This document shows, in pieces, positions 21,155 through 31,686 of a DNA stretch of 64,000 nt (its first letter is position 1; the number at the start of each line of letters is the position of its first letter). The position numbers and the translations under genes were made by a program. The notes beneath the pieces were generated by a model that worked only from the letters and a program-made list of their open reading frames with translations, had not been told where the DNA came from and did no database searches. Origin of the DNA: Nitrososphaeraceae archaeon (lineage in GTDB: Archaea > Thermoproteota > Nitrososphaeria > Nitrososphaerales > Nitrososphaeraceae); the NCBI GenBank assembly GCA_035250685.1, contig DATFEX010000054.1, positions 3,056 to 67,055 of the forward strand, read 5' to 3'.

Positions 21155-21372
21155 AAACCCCAATAACGAGTTTAATAGATAGTCGAAGTAAAAACTTGAT
21201 GGTGTGATTTATTATTGTGTATTCTTGCAGACATTTTCTTTACATTTTGAAGCATAGTTCGCACAGTTTAAGTTGAAATTGCAATATTAGTCACTTTTTC
21301 TGGACTTAGAATATTTTTAATGCGTCTGCCTATGGTCTCCTGCTTCAACCTATTAAATGCCCCTCACTGCAA

Positions 21373-21825
21373 TCATTGTCCGACTTGAGCAGGATAATGA
21401 ATTAGGTTGAAAATACAGTCAAAGAGAAATTGCTTGCTATTTAGCGAATCAATAAAGATATTTTTATGAATACTAAACTTTGGGAATCTAGTGTCGCAAT
21501 GAAAACCCATCGAGAATGCCATTTTTCTAATATCACGGTAGAATTGTTGCTTCTTGGTATCATCCTTTAAGGCTTGAATTGAGGTGGCAAATTCTCTATC
21601 TAGACTAAATTCCATTCCTAATGAAAAATTATCTTTAAATTTTTTACCAAATGTTATGTTAATAATTATTTTATCTTTGTTAGGGTAAATTATGTTTGCA
21701 GCAAACTGAATCTCAGAACTTAAATCAAGATTCCTTGTTTTTACTTCCACACCAAAGTGATTTTCCTTTAGCCATTCTATAATCTTATTAAAGGCAGCCT
21801 CCTTGCTTTCTAATTCGCTATGCAT
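21373..21825 (-). CDS. Hypothetical protein, DUF2299-like
   Basis: KIIEWLKE N-terminus and an alpha/beta layout reminiscent of archaeal DUF2299; family call tentative. Confidence 0.45.
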   Translation of the reverse strand: MHSELESKEAAFNKIIEWLKENHFGVEVKTRNLDLSSEIQFAANIIYPNKDKIIINITFGKKFKDNFSLGMEFSLDREFATSIQALKDDTKKQQFYRDIRKMAFSMGFHCDTRFPKFSIHKNIFIDSLNSKQFLFDCIFNLIHYPAQVGQ

Positions 21826-21925
21826 TATCTCCTCAAGGGTCGCTCATAGATTAAATAAATTGCTCATTGATCTTCTATCTTTGTTGATCTCATTCCACAA
21901 AATATATTAGATCCGTTTAGATTTA

Positions 21926-23230
21926 TTGTTTGATTCCGTGATTCCTATAATAGCCCATTTGTCGATTTATTTTCTCGTCTTTATATGTTTGTTAACTTAT
22001 CTTCATGTGTGGGCCCAGGATGAGTTTGCGGAAACTGAATTTACTGAAGAGGGAGAACCGAAAATTTTTGATTCTAATTTAAGGATAAATACGGTTGCAG
22101 AAGGATTGACTGCCCCTACTACTATGGCCTTCATTGGACCAGATGACATTTTAGTCCTTGAGAAGGATACTGGCAATGTGAAAAGAATAGTAAATGGCAA
22201 AATTGTTGATAAACCTGTTCTGGATCTTAATGTAGCCAATTCCGTAGAAAGATGCCTGTGTGGAATTGCAGTGTCTAAAAACGATTCCACAACATACGTC
22301 TTTCTTTACTATACTGAAATTGAAGGACCTGACGGCGGGGATAAAAAAGGAGTTCAGCCCATCGGAAACAGAGTTTATCGATATGAATTATCAAATGATG
22401 CATTGATTAATCCGTTAATTTTAATGGATCTCCCGGCCAACCCTGGACCACGTCATAACGGGGGTGATATTACTATTGGTCCTGATAATAACCTCTATGT
22501 AACCATAGGTGACGTAGATGGTTCGTTTAAGGGATCAAGTACTGAAACTAAGACTCAAAATTATGACGACGGTGCTGATCCCGACGGTAGAGCGGGCATA
22601 TTAAGGATAACCCAAGATGGTCAACCGGTTGAAGGTATTCTAGGAGACGATATCCCAGAGCGTATATACTACGCGTATGGAATTTGAAACAGCTTTGGGA
22701 TGGATTTTGATCCTGTTTCTGGTAATTTGTGGGACACTGAGAATGGGCCCGGAAACGGCGATGAATTAAATTTGGTTCTTCCGGGATTTAATAGCGGATG
22801 GCAAGAGGTGCAGGGATTGGCATCAATGGAAGATTCATTCTCAGAATCCGATCTAGTTGACTTTGGTGGAAAGGGCCATTATGGCGACCCCAAGTTAGTT
22901 TGGATAAACACCGCCGGACCAACAGCGGTAAAGTTTTTGGAGTCAACAACACTTGGTGATAAGTACGAGAACAATATGTTCGTAGGAGACGTGCATAACG
23001 GAAGAATCTATTACTTTAATCTTACCTCCGATAGGATGGATCTTGTTCTGCCGCCAGAACTTTCGTCACGAGTAATTGAAAAACCCGATTCGGCTGGTGT
23101 AAATAATATAATATTCGGGGATGGATTTGGTGGAATCACTGACCTTGAAGTAGGTCCTGACGGTAATTTGTATGTGGTATCAATCGGGCTAGGAACAATA
23201 TTTCAAATCAGCCCAACTTCACAGAATTGA
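21926..23230 (+). pseudogene. PQQ-dependent sugar dehydrogenase (GSDH family) interrupted by in-frame TGA at 22685-22687
   Basis: YYAYGI*NSFGMDFDP; paralogs in the window have YYAYGIKNSFG or YYAYGIRNSYG. The two ORF-track pieces are in the same frame. Confidence 0.88.
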
Positions 23231-23347
23231 TCGTTCGTTAATCCTTATAATGCGAGGCAATCCCTGACAAGAATCAAGACTTGAGATCACAACCGAAGTA
23301 GAAATTTTTTTCAATTTTAAATAGTCGTCTGACTCTGATAAATTGTA

Positions 23348-23458
23348 ATGGATAAAATGAGTAAGGCAATTTTGATTCTTAGCGTCGGTATAATACTAGT
23401 TTCAGCATGGTTAATATTCGCCGTATCACTTCTTGTCAAAAGTAATACCGGTTCGTGA
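23348..23458 (+). CDS. 36-aa single-TM microprotein (not in ORF track)
   Basis: MDKMSKAILILSVGIILVSAWLIFAVSLLVKSNTGS. Confidence 0.4.
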   Translation: MDKMSKAILILSVGIILVSAWLIFAVSLLVKSNTGS

Positions 23459-23615
23459 CGCTATTTCCCTTGGTAGAAGATCTAATTCCATGATTATTGT
23501 TCTCCTACAATTGTGAAAAAGACACAATTTCATGAATTATTTTCCTCCTATCTATCCTAATTTGTTATCTAATAATTGAATTTTTTGCCATTCTGCGGGG
23601 AGCCCATACAAATAA

Positions 23616-23801
23616 ATGCACTCAACTATAGAAGAGAATCTGACTGGAGCTACTGCAATTAAGGATCAACTGGAGATTCTCCTTAATGGTTTAGACGACG
23701 TAGCAGAAGAATCAACCTCTCTAACTTTTACAATAAAGATGGACACAGAATGGAAGCCTGCAAGCACCGATTGTTTATTTACAATACGTCTACTAAGATA
23801 G
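23616..23801 (+). CDS. Short hypothetical protein
   Basis: 61-aa ORF in an otherwise empty interval; no family recognised. Confidence 0.3.
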   Translation: MHSTIEENLTGATAIKDQLEILLNGLDDVAEESTSLTFTIKMDTEWKPASTDCLFTIRLLR

Positions 23802-23891
23802 AAACACTAATTGAATATTGTATCAGGATATCTGATATAGCCGGTTCGTCCAATCAGAATATGCGCAGTATTATACTGTAATTAATGAAAT

Positions 23892-24728
23892 CTATCTAGC
23901 GACTATGTTGTGTACACGAAATGTATGCGATGTAACTCTATGTTCACATTCTGTTCCTTCGGGAGGATTTAATTCGTTAGCCGATACGCAGGCAAAAAAC
24001 ATATCGCCCTGTTGAATTGGACCGATCGTGGGAACCTTGTTAAATACTATTGGTAAAATTATGGTGTTGTCTTTGGATTTTTCTAGCAACTCTTGAGCAT
24101 TGATTGTCCTCGATTGAAATTCTCCTTTAATCATAGTAACAACTTGAAGTTGCTTTACATCCTTTCTATCTGAAAGCGGAATCTTTACATTGATGGTAGG
24201 ATTGATTATTTCACCGCCGCAGACAGTTTGAAATGAACCCGTTGACAAAGTCTTTTTAGCGCCTGAGCCAATGCTTATTTTATTTTTACCATCGGATTTA
24301 TCGATGTTTCCCTCAACACATGAATAGGATTGCATTTGATTTGTTACAGGATCCAAGGCATATGCGCAAACAAAATACTCGTCTCTGCTTCCGACAGTGA
24401 CGATGTCGTTCTTTTCTTCAAATTTAAATGAAATAGAAGCCGTGTCGGAATTCAAATCAATATCAGTTAAATACTTAGTATCAATCTCTCCGTTTGCAGA
24501 AGCGACAACTTTCAATTTATCCGGATAATCAAGACTATTTAGATCTATTTTTGCCTCTATTGAAAAATTTTTAATAGCAAATATATGATTGGATTGGCTA
24601 AAAAGCGATGACCCTAGAACCGCGATTATCAGTAACGAAATTGGAATTGATGTTACCATTCTCATAAAGTACGCCATTTCCTTATTTTGGAATGAACTTT
24701 TAGTATATAATTTGAGTGCAAATTTCAT
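23892..24728 (-). CDS. Secreted hypothetical protein, paralog of 39582..40373
   Basis: Shared EYFVCAY, YSCVEGN and FFACVSANELNPPEGTECEHR. Confidence 0.8.
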   Translation of the reverse strand: MKFALKLYTKSSFQNKEMAYFMRMVTSIPISLLIIAVLGSSLFSQSNHIFAIKNFSIEAKIDLNSLDYPDKLKVVASANGEIDTKYLTDIDLNSDTASISFKFEEKNDIVTVGSRDEYFVCAYALDPVTNQMQSYSCVEGNIDKSDGKNKISIGSGAKKTLSTGSFQTVCGGEIINPTINVKIPLSDRKDVKQLQVVTMIKGEFQSRTINAQELLEKSKDNTIILPIVFNKVPTIGPIQQGDMFFACVSANELNPPEGTECEHRVTSHTFRVHNIVAR

Positions 24729-25128
24729 TTAGAAGTAATTTCTCTAAATTAGTTAGTGAGTCGATGCATTGTACTTCAAAAATCACCGGGCCATTCTCAA
24801 TTCTAAGATTGACTAATTATATCTAAACCTGATGGGAGCTGTTTGGAAGCCAAAGCAGGCATTTCTCCCATCAAGTTGAATAGTTTCGTAAAGACATATC
24901 ATTAAAACTTCAATAAAAAGTCTATGGAATGGGGAATGACGGATAGTAGTTTTGTAATTAAGCGCTCACACGTTATTCCTCGCCGACCACTAATCCCTAA
25001 GTTACTGTGAATGGCAACGTTTGAAAACTACACCAAGTATATTTAATAATTAGAAATGGGATTTGGTTAATGTTGTAGTTTAGTTTCTTAATTACATTTT
25101 ACATCATCATCAAGGTAGTTCATAAGCT

Positions 25129-25527
25129 CTATCTATCGATCCAATCAGCTATTACATCTTCTATCGTTTTCTCATTGCCATGACCGCGATTAACAAGCTG
25201 GTTTAAGCGTATAGTAAACCCAACATGCGCGCACTCATCAGATTTACAAAAGTCACAGAACAATACCCCGTCTATCAATTTAACTAGTACTGGCATTAAC
25301 ATGCCTGTATCATAAAGCACTGTATTGTTGCCATTTACAATTTTAATTAATACTATTGGATTTTCTGAAGTTAGCGACTTCTTATCAGAGGAGCTCATCC
25401 ATTTCAGAAAAGCTGCCGTTCCGTCTTCTAGCGTATCACATTTATTTTGATTGCTCTCATTATTTGAAAAAGTGTTATGGTCTGAATTTTGGTCCTGATG
25501 GTTTTTGTGATCTTTGGATGGCAACAA
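25129..25527 (-). CDS. Hypothetical protein with CDFC...CAH metal-binding motif
   Basis: 132 aa, immediately downstream of the SPFH gene on the same strand. Confidence 0.6.
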   Translation of the reverse strand: MLPSKDHKNHQDQNSDHNTFSNNESNQNKCDTLEDGTAAFLKWMSSSDKKSLTSENPIVLIKIVNGNNTVLYDTGMLMPVLVKLIDGVLFCDFCKSDECAHVGFTIRLNQLVNRGHGNEKTIEDVIADWIDR

Positions 25528-25544
25528 GATGATTTTAACTAGAA

Positions 25545-26423
25545 TTACTTAGTTTGATTTTGCAGAGTGGGTGAAGGTAGTTGGAAGAAGGGAACTCCGC
25601 TGCTACCCAATGCATAGGGCATTTGTCCATTCCATTTTGTAATTGCCTGCCACTCTAAATATTCCGGACTTTCTCTTAATTGCAGAGTGATAATCTTTAT
25701 TGCTTCAGATTCACCACTTGCCCTGGCAGCATTTGCTCTTGCCGCTCCTTCAGCTTGTGCTACGGTCTGATTTGCTACAACTTCTATTGCCCTTAGATTA
25801 TTTTGTTCAGTAAGGAATTTTTGAAATGCCACTACTTTTTGTTCTATCTGAGTAGAAAATGCGCTTGAAAATTTAAAGTCTGTTATAAACACATTCTGTA
25901 CCTGAACGTTATTTGAGGCAAGTGTACTTCTTATTGCATCAGCAATAACACTTTTTGCAGTTTCTCTCTTTGTAATTAGTTCTTCTGCATTAAATTTTGC
26001 CACGCTGGCTTTGACTGATTCTTGGATGGTTGGTGATATTACACGGTCTGCGTAGTTCACACCTAATACTTGGTAGACCGTATTTGCTAGCTGAGGATCA
26101 ATTCTGTAATTTAATGCAATGACTGTCTGTACTTCTTGTAAATCGTTTGATGCCGCAGTTGCCTCTGCTTGGAATTTTTGTGTTCTTACCTCCATTTGGA
26201 CTACTTGTTCTGCAAAAGGCAAAATGAAGTGCACACCCTCTCCTAATACCCTATTTTCAACTGCTCCTAGGTAAAGTACAACACCTCTATGACCTGCTTC
26301 AACAATTGCGATTGACTCAGCTAATACAACTATGATTATAATTGCGGTTATAACTGCTGCAGCAATTTTTAGCTTACTAGTAGCCGGAAAACGTGGGTAA
26401 CGTGGGGCTTTATACTGTGACAT
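25545..26423 (-). CDS. SPFH/band-7 (prohibitin-like) membrane protein
   Basis: N-terminal TM, VEAGHRGVV, EGVHFILPF, FNAEELITKR, ITDFKFS, AITKWNGQMP. Confidence 0.92.
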   Translation of the reverse strand: MSQYKAPRYPRFPATSKLKIAAAVITAIIIIVVLAESIAIVEAGHRGVVLYLGAVENRVLGEGVHFILPFAEQVVQMEVRTQKFQAEATAASNDLQEVQTVIALNYRIDPQLANTVYQVLGVNYADRVISPTIQESVKASVAKFNAEELITKRETAKSVIADAIRSTLASNNVQVQNVFITDFKFSSAFSTQIEQKVVAFQKFLTEQNNLRAIEVVANQTVAQAEGAARANAARASGESEAIKIITLQLRESPEYLEWQAITKWNGQMPYALGSSGVPFFQLPSPTLQNQTK

Positions 26424-26440
26424 CCTTAGACATGCTTTAA

Positions 26441-26497
26441 CAAATTACTTATATTAAGGATTTGTATACACTGTCTTACTTTCTAAACTTGATTCTA
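26441..26497. repeat. 57-bp inverted repeat, left arm (contains TATA-like box for the SPFH gene)
   Basis: 53/57 identical to the reverse complement of 27743..27799; TTAATATA on the minus strand about 30 nt upstream of the ATG at 26423. Confidence 0.9.
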
Positions 26498-26678
26498 CGA
26501 AACTGTATTCTTCTTGTTCCATACTGTTTACTATAAATGATTATTTGAATTCATAGATTTTAAATTACGATTTTAATGCAAATTAATATCCTGTATCGTG
26601 CTATCAATGAATGATTTCATCTTGGATTAAAGAAACAAAAGTAGTATAAGGTAAGATGACATTCATGATATAGAAAAT

Positions 26679-26765
26679 ATGAAAAAATCGAAAATAAAAG
26701 CAGTTTTGTTTTATATCGCCATAACACTTCTTGCGATCGTACTGCTGGGACGTTTCTACAAATAA
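26679..26765 (+). CDS. 28-aa single-TM microprotein (not in ORF track)
   Basis: MKKSKIKAVLFYIAITLLAIVLLGRFYK: basic N-terminus plus hydrophobic helix. Confidence 0.4.
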   Translation: MKKSKIKAVLFYIAITLLAIVLLGRFYK

Positions 26766-26831
26766 ATGAACTTTGTTTACCAAAAGATGTTACATTCAGT
26801 AGTAGGTTCGTGAGTTAATATTATGAACATC

Positions 26832-27401
26832 TCAACTAGCAGTATCGTTCTGAGAAGGAATAACAATTGATATTGTTGACTTGGTTGTTTTAATACTTAT
26901 ATCATCATCAAAGCTATCGCGATACAATACCGACAAGAGAGCTTTTATATATAAAGACCAATTCCCCCCGAGATCATGTCTAATCATAAAGTAATAGTTA
27001 CCTTCTTTTAATTCTAAAACATGTTGCATCCATGAAACTGATAGCCAACTACGCAATATTTTAATAAATTCCTTCTTACTATGCTCCCGTTTCATAAAGA
27101 TTATAATATTTTTGAAATAGTCTTTCTCGTTTTTTTCCGCAAGGTTCACAATTTCATTTTCCGTCATTTTTGCGACAGCATTTTCCAGAAATACTTTAGT
27201 CATTGGTAATAATCCGACTTTTCTCTCATATTTTTCCCAAGATATGTGATCAGAGAAAATTCTGATTGCAAGGGAATTAACACTAACTTTTTCGAATTCA
27301 GCATCATTCTTTAAGCTTTTAACTATAGAAAGCGGTAGACGAAAGGTCATTGTTTCAGTTTTTTCTGGCGGTTCAGAAAGCAAATAGATTCTATTTGTCA
27401 T
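26832..27401 (-). CDS. Putative DNA-binding protein with N-terminal ribbon-helix-helix
   Basis: TETMTFRLPLSIVKSLKNDAEFEKVSVNSLAIRIF fits the RHH beta-strand and two-helix pattern; C-terminal domain unassigned. Confidence 0.6.
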   Translation of the reverse strand: MTNRIYLLSEPPEKTETMTFRLPLSIVKSLKNDAEFEKVSVNSLAIRIFSDHISWEKYERKVGLLPMTKVFLENAVAKMTENEIVNLAEKNEKDYFKNIIIFMKREHSKKEFIKILRSWLSVSWMQHVLELKEGNYYFMIRHDLGGNWSLYIKALLSVLYRDSFDDDISIKTTKSTISIVIPSQNDTAS

Positions 27402-27742
27402 TAAACAATCCTACCTAAAAGAATTTTGAATAAATTGGCATGGATGTCATACGAGACCCATACTTAGCAAGCAACGCCTAGATCATATTATGCTGATGTC
27501 AAAGTAAGATTCCACGGTTTTTGAATATCCTCTATAACCTTTGCCAAATATTAAATTTTGAGTGTTCTATAACTCTTCCATGTTTCGTTCGGGTAATATG
27601 GAAATTTGTCATCTGCGGTGATTCAAGAATAATTGTCTAAAGGAATGCTTCGAACAAGATTGGTATACCTCCAGTAGGTACATTTCCTAATTGCTTGGCT
27701 TATTGAAACCTTCGTCTATTAGCAGAAAAGTATACTGTCTTT

Positions 27743-27799
27743 TAGAAACAAGTTTAGAAAGTAAGACACTGTATACATATCCTTAATATAATTAATTTG
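27743..27799. repeat. 57-bp inverted repeat, right arm
   Basis: See left arm; TTAATATA at 27783-27790 faces the rightward genes. Confidence 0.9.
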
Positions 27800-27861
27800 C
27801 CTTCTGTACTGCATGAACTCTATCAAAGGAATAGTTTCGAAGTTGTGGGAAAAATAATGAC

Positions 27862-28110
27862 ATGAATATTACAGATTCTGAAGAGTCGAACGAAATCACA
27901 GCGAAAACTTGTGTATGCAAGGAGAATAGAAAGGTAACATATTGTTTTGTAGACTCATATCATATTCTCTTTAAGGACAAGAAGGACGTAATATTGTCGG
28001 AGATTCGCGCCTGTGAAATGTTGAAGAAATACGCACGAGACGAACTCGATGCAAAAACGATAGAAATGGAAATAGCGGATCTACACATGATATTGGATTT
28101 GTTACCCTAA
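27862..28110 (+). CDS. Hypothetical protein
   Basis: 82-aa ORF with CVC...C motif, first of a + strand run. Confidence 0.6.
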   Translation: MNITDSEESNEITAKTCVCKENRKVTYCFVDSYHILFKDKKDVILSEIRACEMLKKYARDELDAKTIEMEIADLHMILDLLP

Positions 28111-28129
28111 GGAAGGCTGATTATACATT

Positions 28130-28348
28130 TTGCCTAGATATTTCCTCTTATGCAATTCTTGTTACTGGTGCGCATCTTTTTTTTGCCAATCATCTTTGTA
28201 CAGTAAGTGTCCGCTCTGCACAATCGGAAATGTAGAATACATACCAATTGGGTCTCTCGAAAGCTATGATTTTAATTATGATTTGAAGAAGGGCGTTGAA
28301 CTCAAATTCCATTCAAATCACTTGTCAGAATATGAAAGGTTGGTCTAA
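28130..28348 (+). CDS. Small Cys-rich zinc-ribbon-like protein
   Basis: LCNSCYWCAS...KCPLC. Confidence 0.65.
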   Translation: MPRYFLLCNSCYWCASFFCQSSLYSKCPLCTIGNVEYIPIGSLESYDFNYDLKKGVELKFHSNHLSEYERLV

Positions 28349-28375
28349 AATATGTTCAAGGAAAAATTTCATTGA

Positions 28376-28858
28376 GTGATTGGGCCGATGTTTAAAAAAA
28401 TCCTTGTTCCCTATGATGGTTCTAAACATGCAGAAATTGCCCTTAATGAGGCGATATATTTAGCCAAACTGATAAAGGGCTCGGAGGTAGTTATACTAAC
28501 AGTGCTCGAAGAAGTCTATACTCCCGCATTAGTATTTGATAGAAAAGTCCGCAATTATAAGACCGGAGAAGCTACGACATTGTCAAGTTATATGCGAGAT
28601 CTTCAAAAAGATACGCGAAATAAAATGACTAAGAGGCTGGATGAGCTAAGACAGCGATATGATAGTTTAGTTCATATTAGAACACTAGTTTCTATCGGCA
28701 GACCCGAAGACAAAATTATAGAGTGTGCCAATAATCAACATGCAGACATTATTGTAATGGGAAGTAGGGGTCTAAAGGGGATCTCCAAATTACTAATGGG
28801 CAGCGTTTCAAGGAAGGTATCTGAAAGAGTAAATTGTACCGTAATGATTGCGAGGTAA
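28376..28858 (+). CDS. Universal stress protein (UspA family)
   Basis: KKILVPYDGS...VMGSRGLKGISKLLMGSVSRKVSERVNCTVMIAR. Confidence 0.93.
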   Translation: MIGPMFKKILVPYDGSKHAEIALNEAIYLAKLIKGSEVVILTVLEEVYTPALVFDRKVRNYKTGEATTLSSYMRDLQKDTRNKMTKRLDELRQRYDSLVHIRTLVSIGRPEDKIIECANNQHADIIVMGSRGLKGISKLLMGSVSRKVSERVNCTVMIAR

Positions 28859-29046
28859 AATAAACTGACAGCAATAAAACAATCTATACAATCCGAGGGT
28901 CTAAGAAGTCTAATTGGGTGAGACCGATTGTTACCTTATTTGGAACGAGAGGAAGAATGGAGAATTGTAGACGTACTTTACATGAGATATGTAATGATAG
29001 ACAGTAAGCAAGATTTATTTCACTCAAAGGATATTAAAAATATTAA

Positions 29047-29481
29047 TTGTATCCAAATATAATAGCGCCAGTAGATGGGTCTGAAATTTCTTATAAAGCA
29101 CTAGACGCAGCATTATTTTTTTCAGAAAAATTAGGTTCAAATATTACTGCAATTCACGTCATGGAAGATATACCTGTTACTAATATTGAATCACAAAAAC
29201 TATTAAACGATATGTTGGAAATATCAGCTGTTTGTAAGCAGCAGGGTGAAAATATACTTTCTAAATGCTCGGAGATTGCAAAGAATAAAGGCTTGAATGT
29301 TAATACAGTTCTTCTTAAGGGTAATCCTGCCTCGATAATTCTAGATTTTTGCAGGAATGGGAAGTGTGATCTCATCATTATGGGAAATCGAGGAATTGGA
29401 AAAGTTAAGGAGATTATACTAGGCAGTGTATCAAGCAAGATTCTCCACAGTTCGACATGTCCAGTTCTCTTAATAAAATAA
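29047..29481 (+). CDS. Universal stress protein (UspA family), close paralog of 4060..4485
   Basis: IIAPVDGS...IMGNRGIGKVKEIILGSVSSKILHSSTCPVLLIK. Confidence 0.93.
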   Translation: MYPNIIAPVDGSEISYKALDAALFFSEKLGSNITAIHVMEDIPVTNIESQKLLNDMLEISAVCKQQGENILSKCSEIAKNKGLNVNTVLLKGNPASIILDFCRNGKCDLIIMGNRGIGKVKEIILGSVSSKILHSSTCPVLLIK

Positions 29482-29593
29482 TACTATTTAGGTTAACTAT
29501 AACTCCGGAAGTTAATCATGATGAGATTTCTTTAATAATATGAGCTCTAATTTGTTTCAAATTTATAACATAGGTAATATTACATAATCGGAG

Positions 29594-30817
29594 ATGGCAA
29601 CAGAACAGGAAGCAATTATTCATGTGTTAATTTCTCTTGCTATCCTTCTTTTTGCTGCGAAGATATTTGCAGAGATTTTCAATAAATTAAAACTTCCCGC
29701 CGTTTTGGGAGAGTTAATAGCGGGTATAATTGTGGGTCCTTTCGCGTTGGGTTCAATTCCGATATTTGATGGTAAACCCCTTGTGATCTTAAATGAAACA
29801 GTGCATCAGATAGGCGAAATAGCAGGATTAGTTATACTATTCATAGCGGGACTTCACATCACTCCAAGAGAATTCTTGCGGGGAGGTGCTTCGTCATTTA
29901 CGATCGGAGCATTGGGGGTTGTTGTTCCATTTTTCTTGGGTTACTATGTATTTACGATTTTTGGCCTAGAAGGATTGCAGGCTATCATGATAGCGACAGC
30001 TCTTACAGCTACTAGTATCGCAATATCTGTTAGCGTGCTAGGCGAATTGGGTAAGATGCAAACAAAAGAAGCAAAAATGATACTGGGGGCGGCTATAGTA
30101 GATGATATACTCGCTATTGCCGTCTTGTCTGTTGTCGTATCTATGGTTCAAACTGGCAATTTGTCGCCCAACGTTGTTGATGTTATATTTCTCATCTTAA
30201 AAATACTGGCAATATTCGCAGCTTTACTTATCGGCGCGATAGTGGTAGTCCCTAGAATATTACATGCGGAAAGGTTGTGGAAGGCCAAAGGTAGCATAGA
30301 AGGTATAGTAACTGCCTCATTCTTTGGCGCTTCAGCAATAGCCGCAACAGTAGGTTTGTCACCAATAGTAGGAGCATTTTCTGTAGGAATGGCTGTAGCC
30401 AGTACAAAATTAATCAAGCGAGTTGAAGAATATGTCGACAAATTGGAGATTATATTTGCTCCATTATTTTTTGCTATAATTGGAGCACAGGTAAACCTTA
30501 CCGGTGTAAATTTGGAAGTATTGTTTCTCTCTGCAATAATGATTATTGTCGCTATCGTCAGTAAATTATCAGGATGTGGGTTGCCAGCATTACTGTTTTT
30601 GAGAAATAAGTCAAAAGCTATGAAAGTAGGTATTGGTATGATTTCAAGAGGTGAGGTAGGGCTTATTGTAGCAGGAATTGGAGTTACCTCTGGTGCTTTG
30701 TCACCAAACATTTACACCACAGTAATAATCATGGTTGCTATAACCACATTGATCACTCCTATTTGGTTGAAGAAAGCATATAGTAAGGAGGAGCAACATA
30801 GTCTACATAATCCTTAA
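29594..30817 (+). CDS. Cation:proton antiporter (CPA2, NapA-like)
   Basis: LPAVLGELIAG, TATSIAISV, AAIVDDIL, GMISRGEVGL. Confidence 0.93.
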   Translation: MATEQEAIIHVLISLAILLFAAKIFAEIFNKLKLPAVLGELIAGIIVGPFALGSIPIFDGKPLVILNETVHQIGEIAGLVILFIAGLHITPREFLRGGASSFTIGALGVVVPFFLGYYVFTIFGLEGLQAIMIATALTATSIAISVSVLGELGKMQTKEAKMILGAAIVDDILAIAVLSVVVSMVQTGNLSPNVVDVIFLILKILAIFAALLIGAIVVVPRILHAERLWKAKGSIEGIVTASFFGASAIAATVGLSPIVGAFSVGMAVASTKLIKRVEEYVDKLEIIFAPLFFAIIGAQVNLTGVNLEVLFLSAIMIIVAIVSKLSGCGLPALLFLRNKSKAMKVGIGMISRGEVGLIVAGIGVTSGALSPNIYTTVIIMVAITTLITPIWLKKAYSKEEQHSLHNP

Positions 30818-30920
30818 CCCAGGGCAGAAGCTTATTAACTTATTAAACATCCCAAATATATAACTAAACTTGTCTTGTATTTTTAAGCAATCATCCAATG
30901 ATTAGAGAAGGCTAGACTTT

Positions 30921-31280
30921 TCATGTTTCGTAATAATATCCTAAGATGTTGTCGACTGATTCTGATAAGCTTATGTTACTTTTTACAAGAACTATTACAG
31001 TTTGGTGCTTTTCATAGATTATGAGTAATCTTATTCGATCTGTTTCATGGACGCTCCATTTCAAATGCCCTACTAGATTAGTATTTTCTTCTACCATACC
31101 TCCAAAATTTTCTTTAAAGGAAACGAAAATCTTTTCGACAAAGTCCTCTGTAATCTTGGCACTTTGCGCAATTGACAAGTTTTCCATTTGAGAATTTTCC
31201 AAACTAACTGTAAATACAGCAAAAATATCATCGTCCACGTCGACTAAATGTTTTATCTTATTATAGTTGACATCTGACAT
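30921..31280 (-). CDS. Hypothetical protein
   Basis: 119-aa ATG ORF; no family assigned. Confidence 0.6.
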   Translation of the reverse strand: MSDVNYNKIKHLVDVDDDIFAVFTVSLENSQMENLSIAQSAKITEDFVEKIFVSFKENFGGMVEENTNLVGHLKWSVHETDRIRLLIIYEKHQTVIVLVKSNISLSESVDNILGYYYET

Positions 31281-31686
31281 CGTGTTCGCTTTAATAGAGG
31301 ATAGTTATAGTACAAAAGCATTTGGTAACTCATCTGTGGGAGATAAGTACTGATGGAATGAAATAGTTTTTAGTGCTTAAATCCGACACTTACTGACGGA
31401 ATTTTTGCCATAGTTATGACATTATTGGTGCTTGAGATATTAGATAGACATTAAACTGCTTATCCACATAATGATAACGATATCGGATCTTCTTAAATAG
31501 TAATTACAAAAAAACCATCTATTAAATCCATTTACTAAGCGGCACCTTATCTGAAACGCTATCTAATGGCTTATCAAGAAAACAGGAAATTCAAATGAAA
31601 AAGGTTACCTTCTTTACTTGTTGTCATATGTACTGCTGTATTTCGATATTTTTGCAATATCTACAAAATGAGAGTTCTACGAATTG

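Noticed and set aside
22685-22687. Selenocysteine recoding of the in-frame TGA
   Set aside because: The aligned residue in three paralogs is Arg or Lys rather than Cys, and no SECIS-like element was recognised.
27420-27700. Stop-riddled minus-strand reading frame inside the inverted-repeat segment
   Set aside because: Four stops and no recognisable family; cannot be supported as a pseudogene.
26441-27799. Autonomous IS or transposon
   Set aside because: No transposase or recombinase motif in the enclosed ORFs and no clear target-site duplication.
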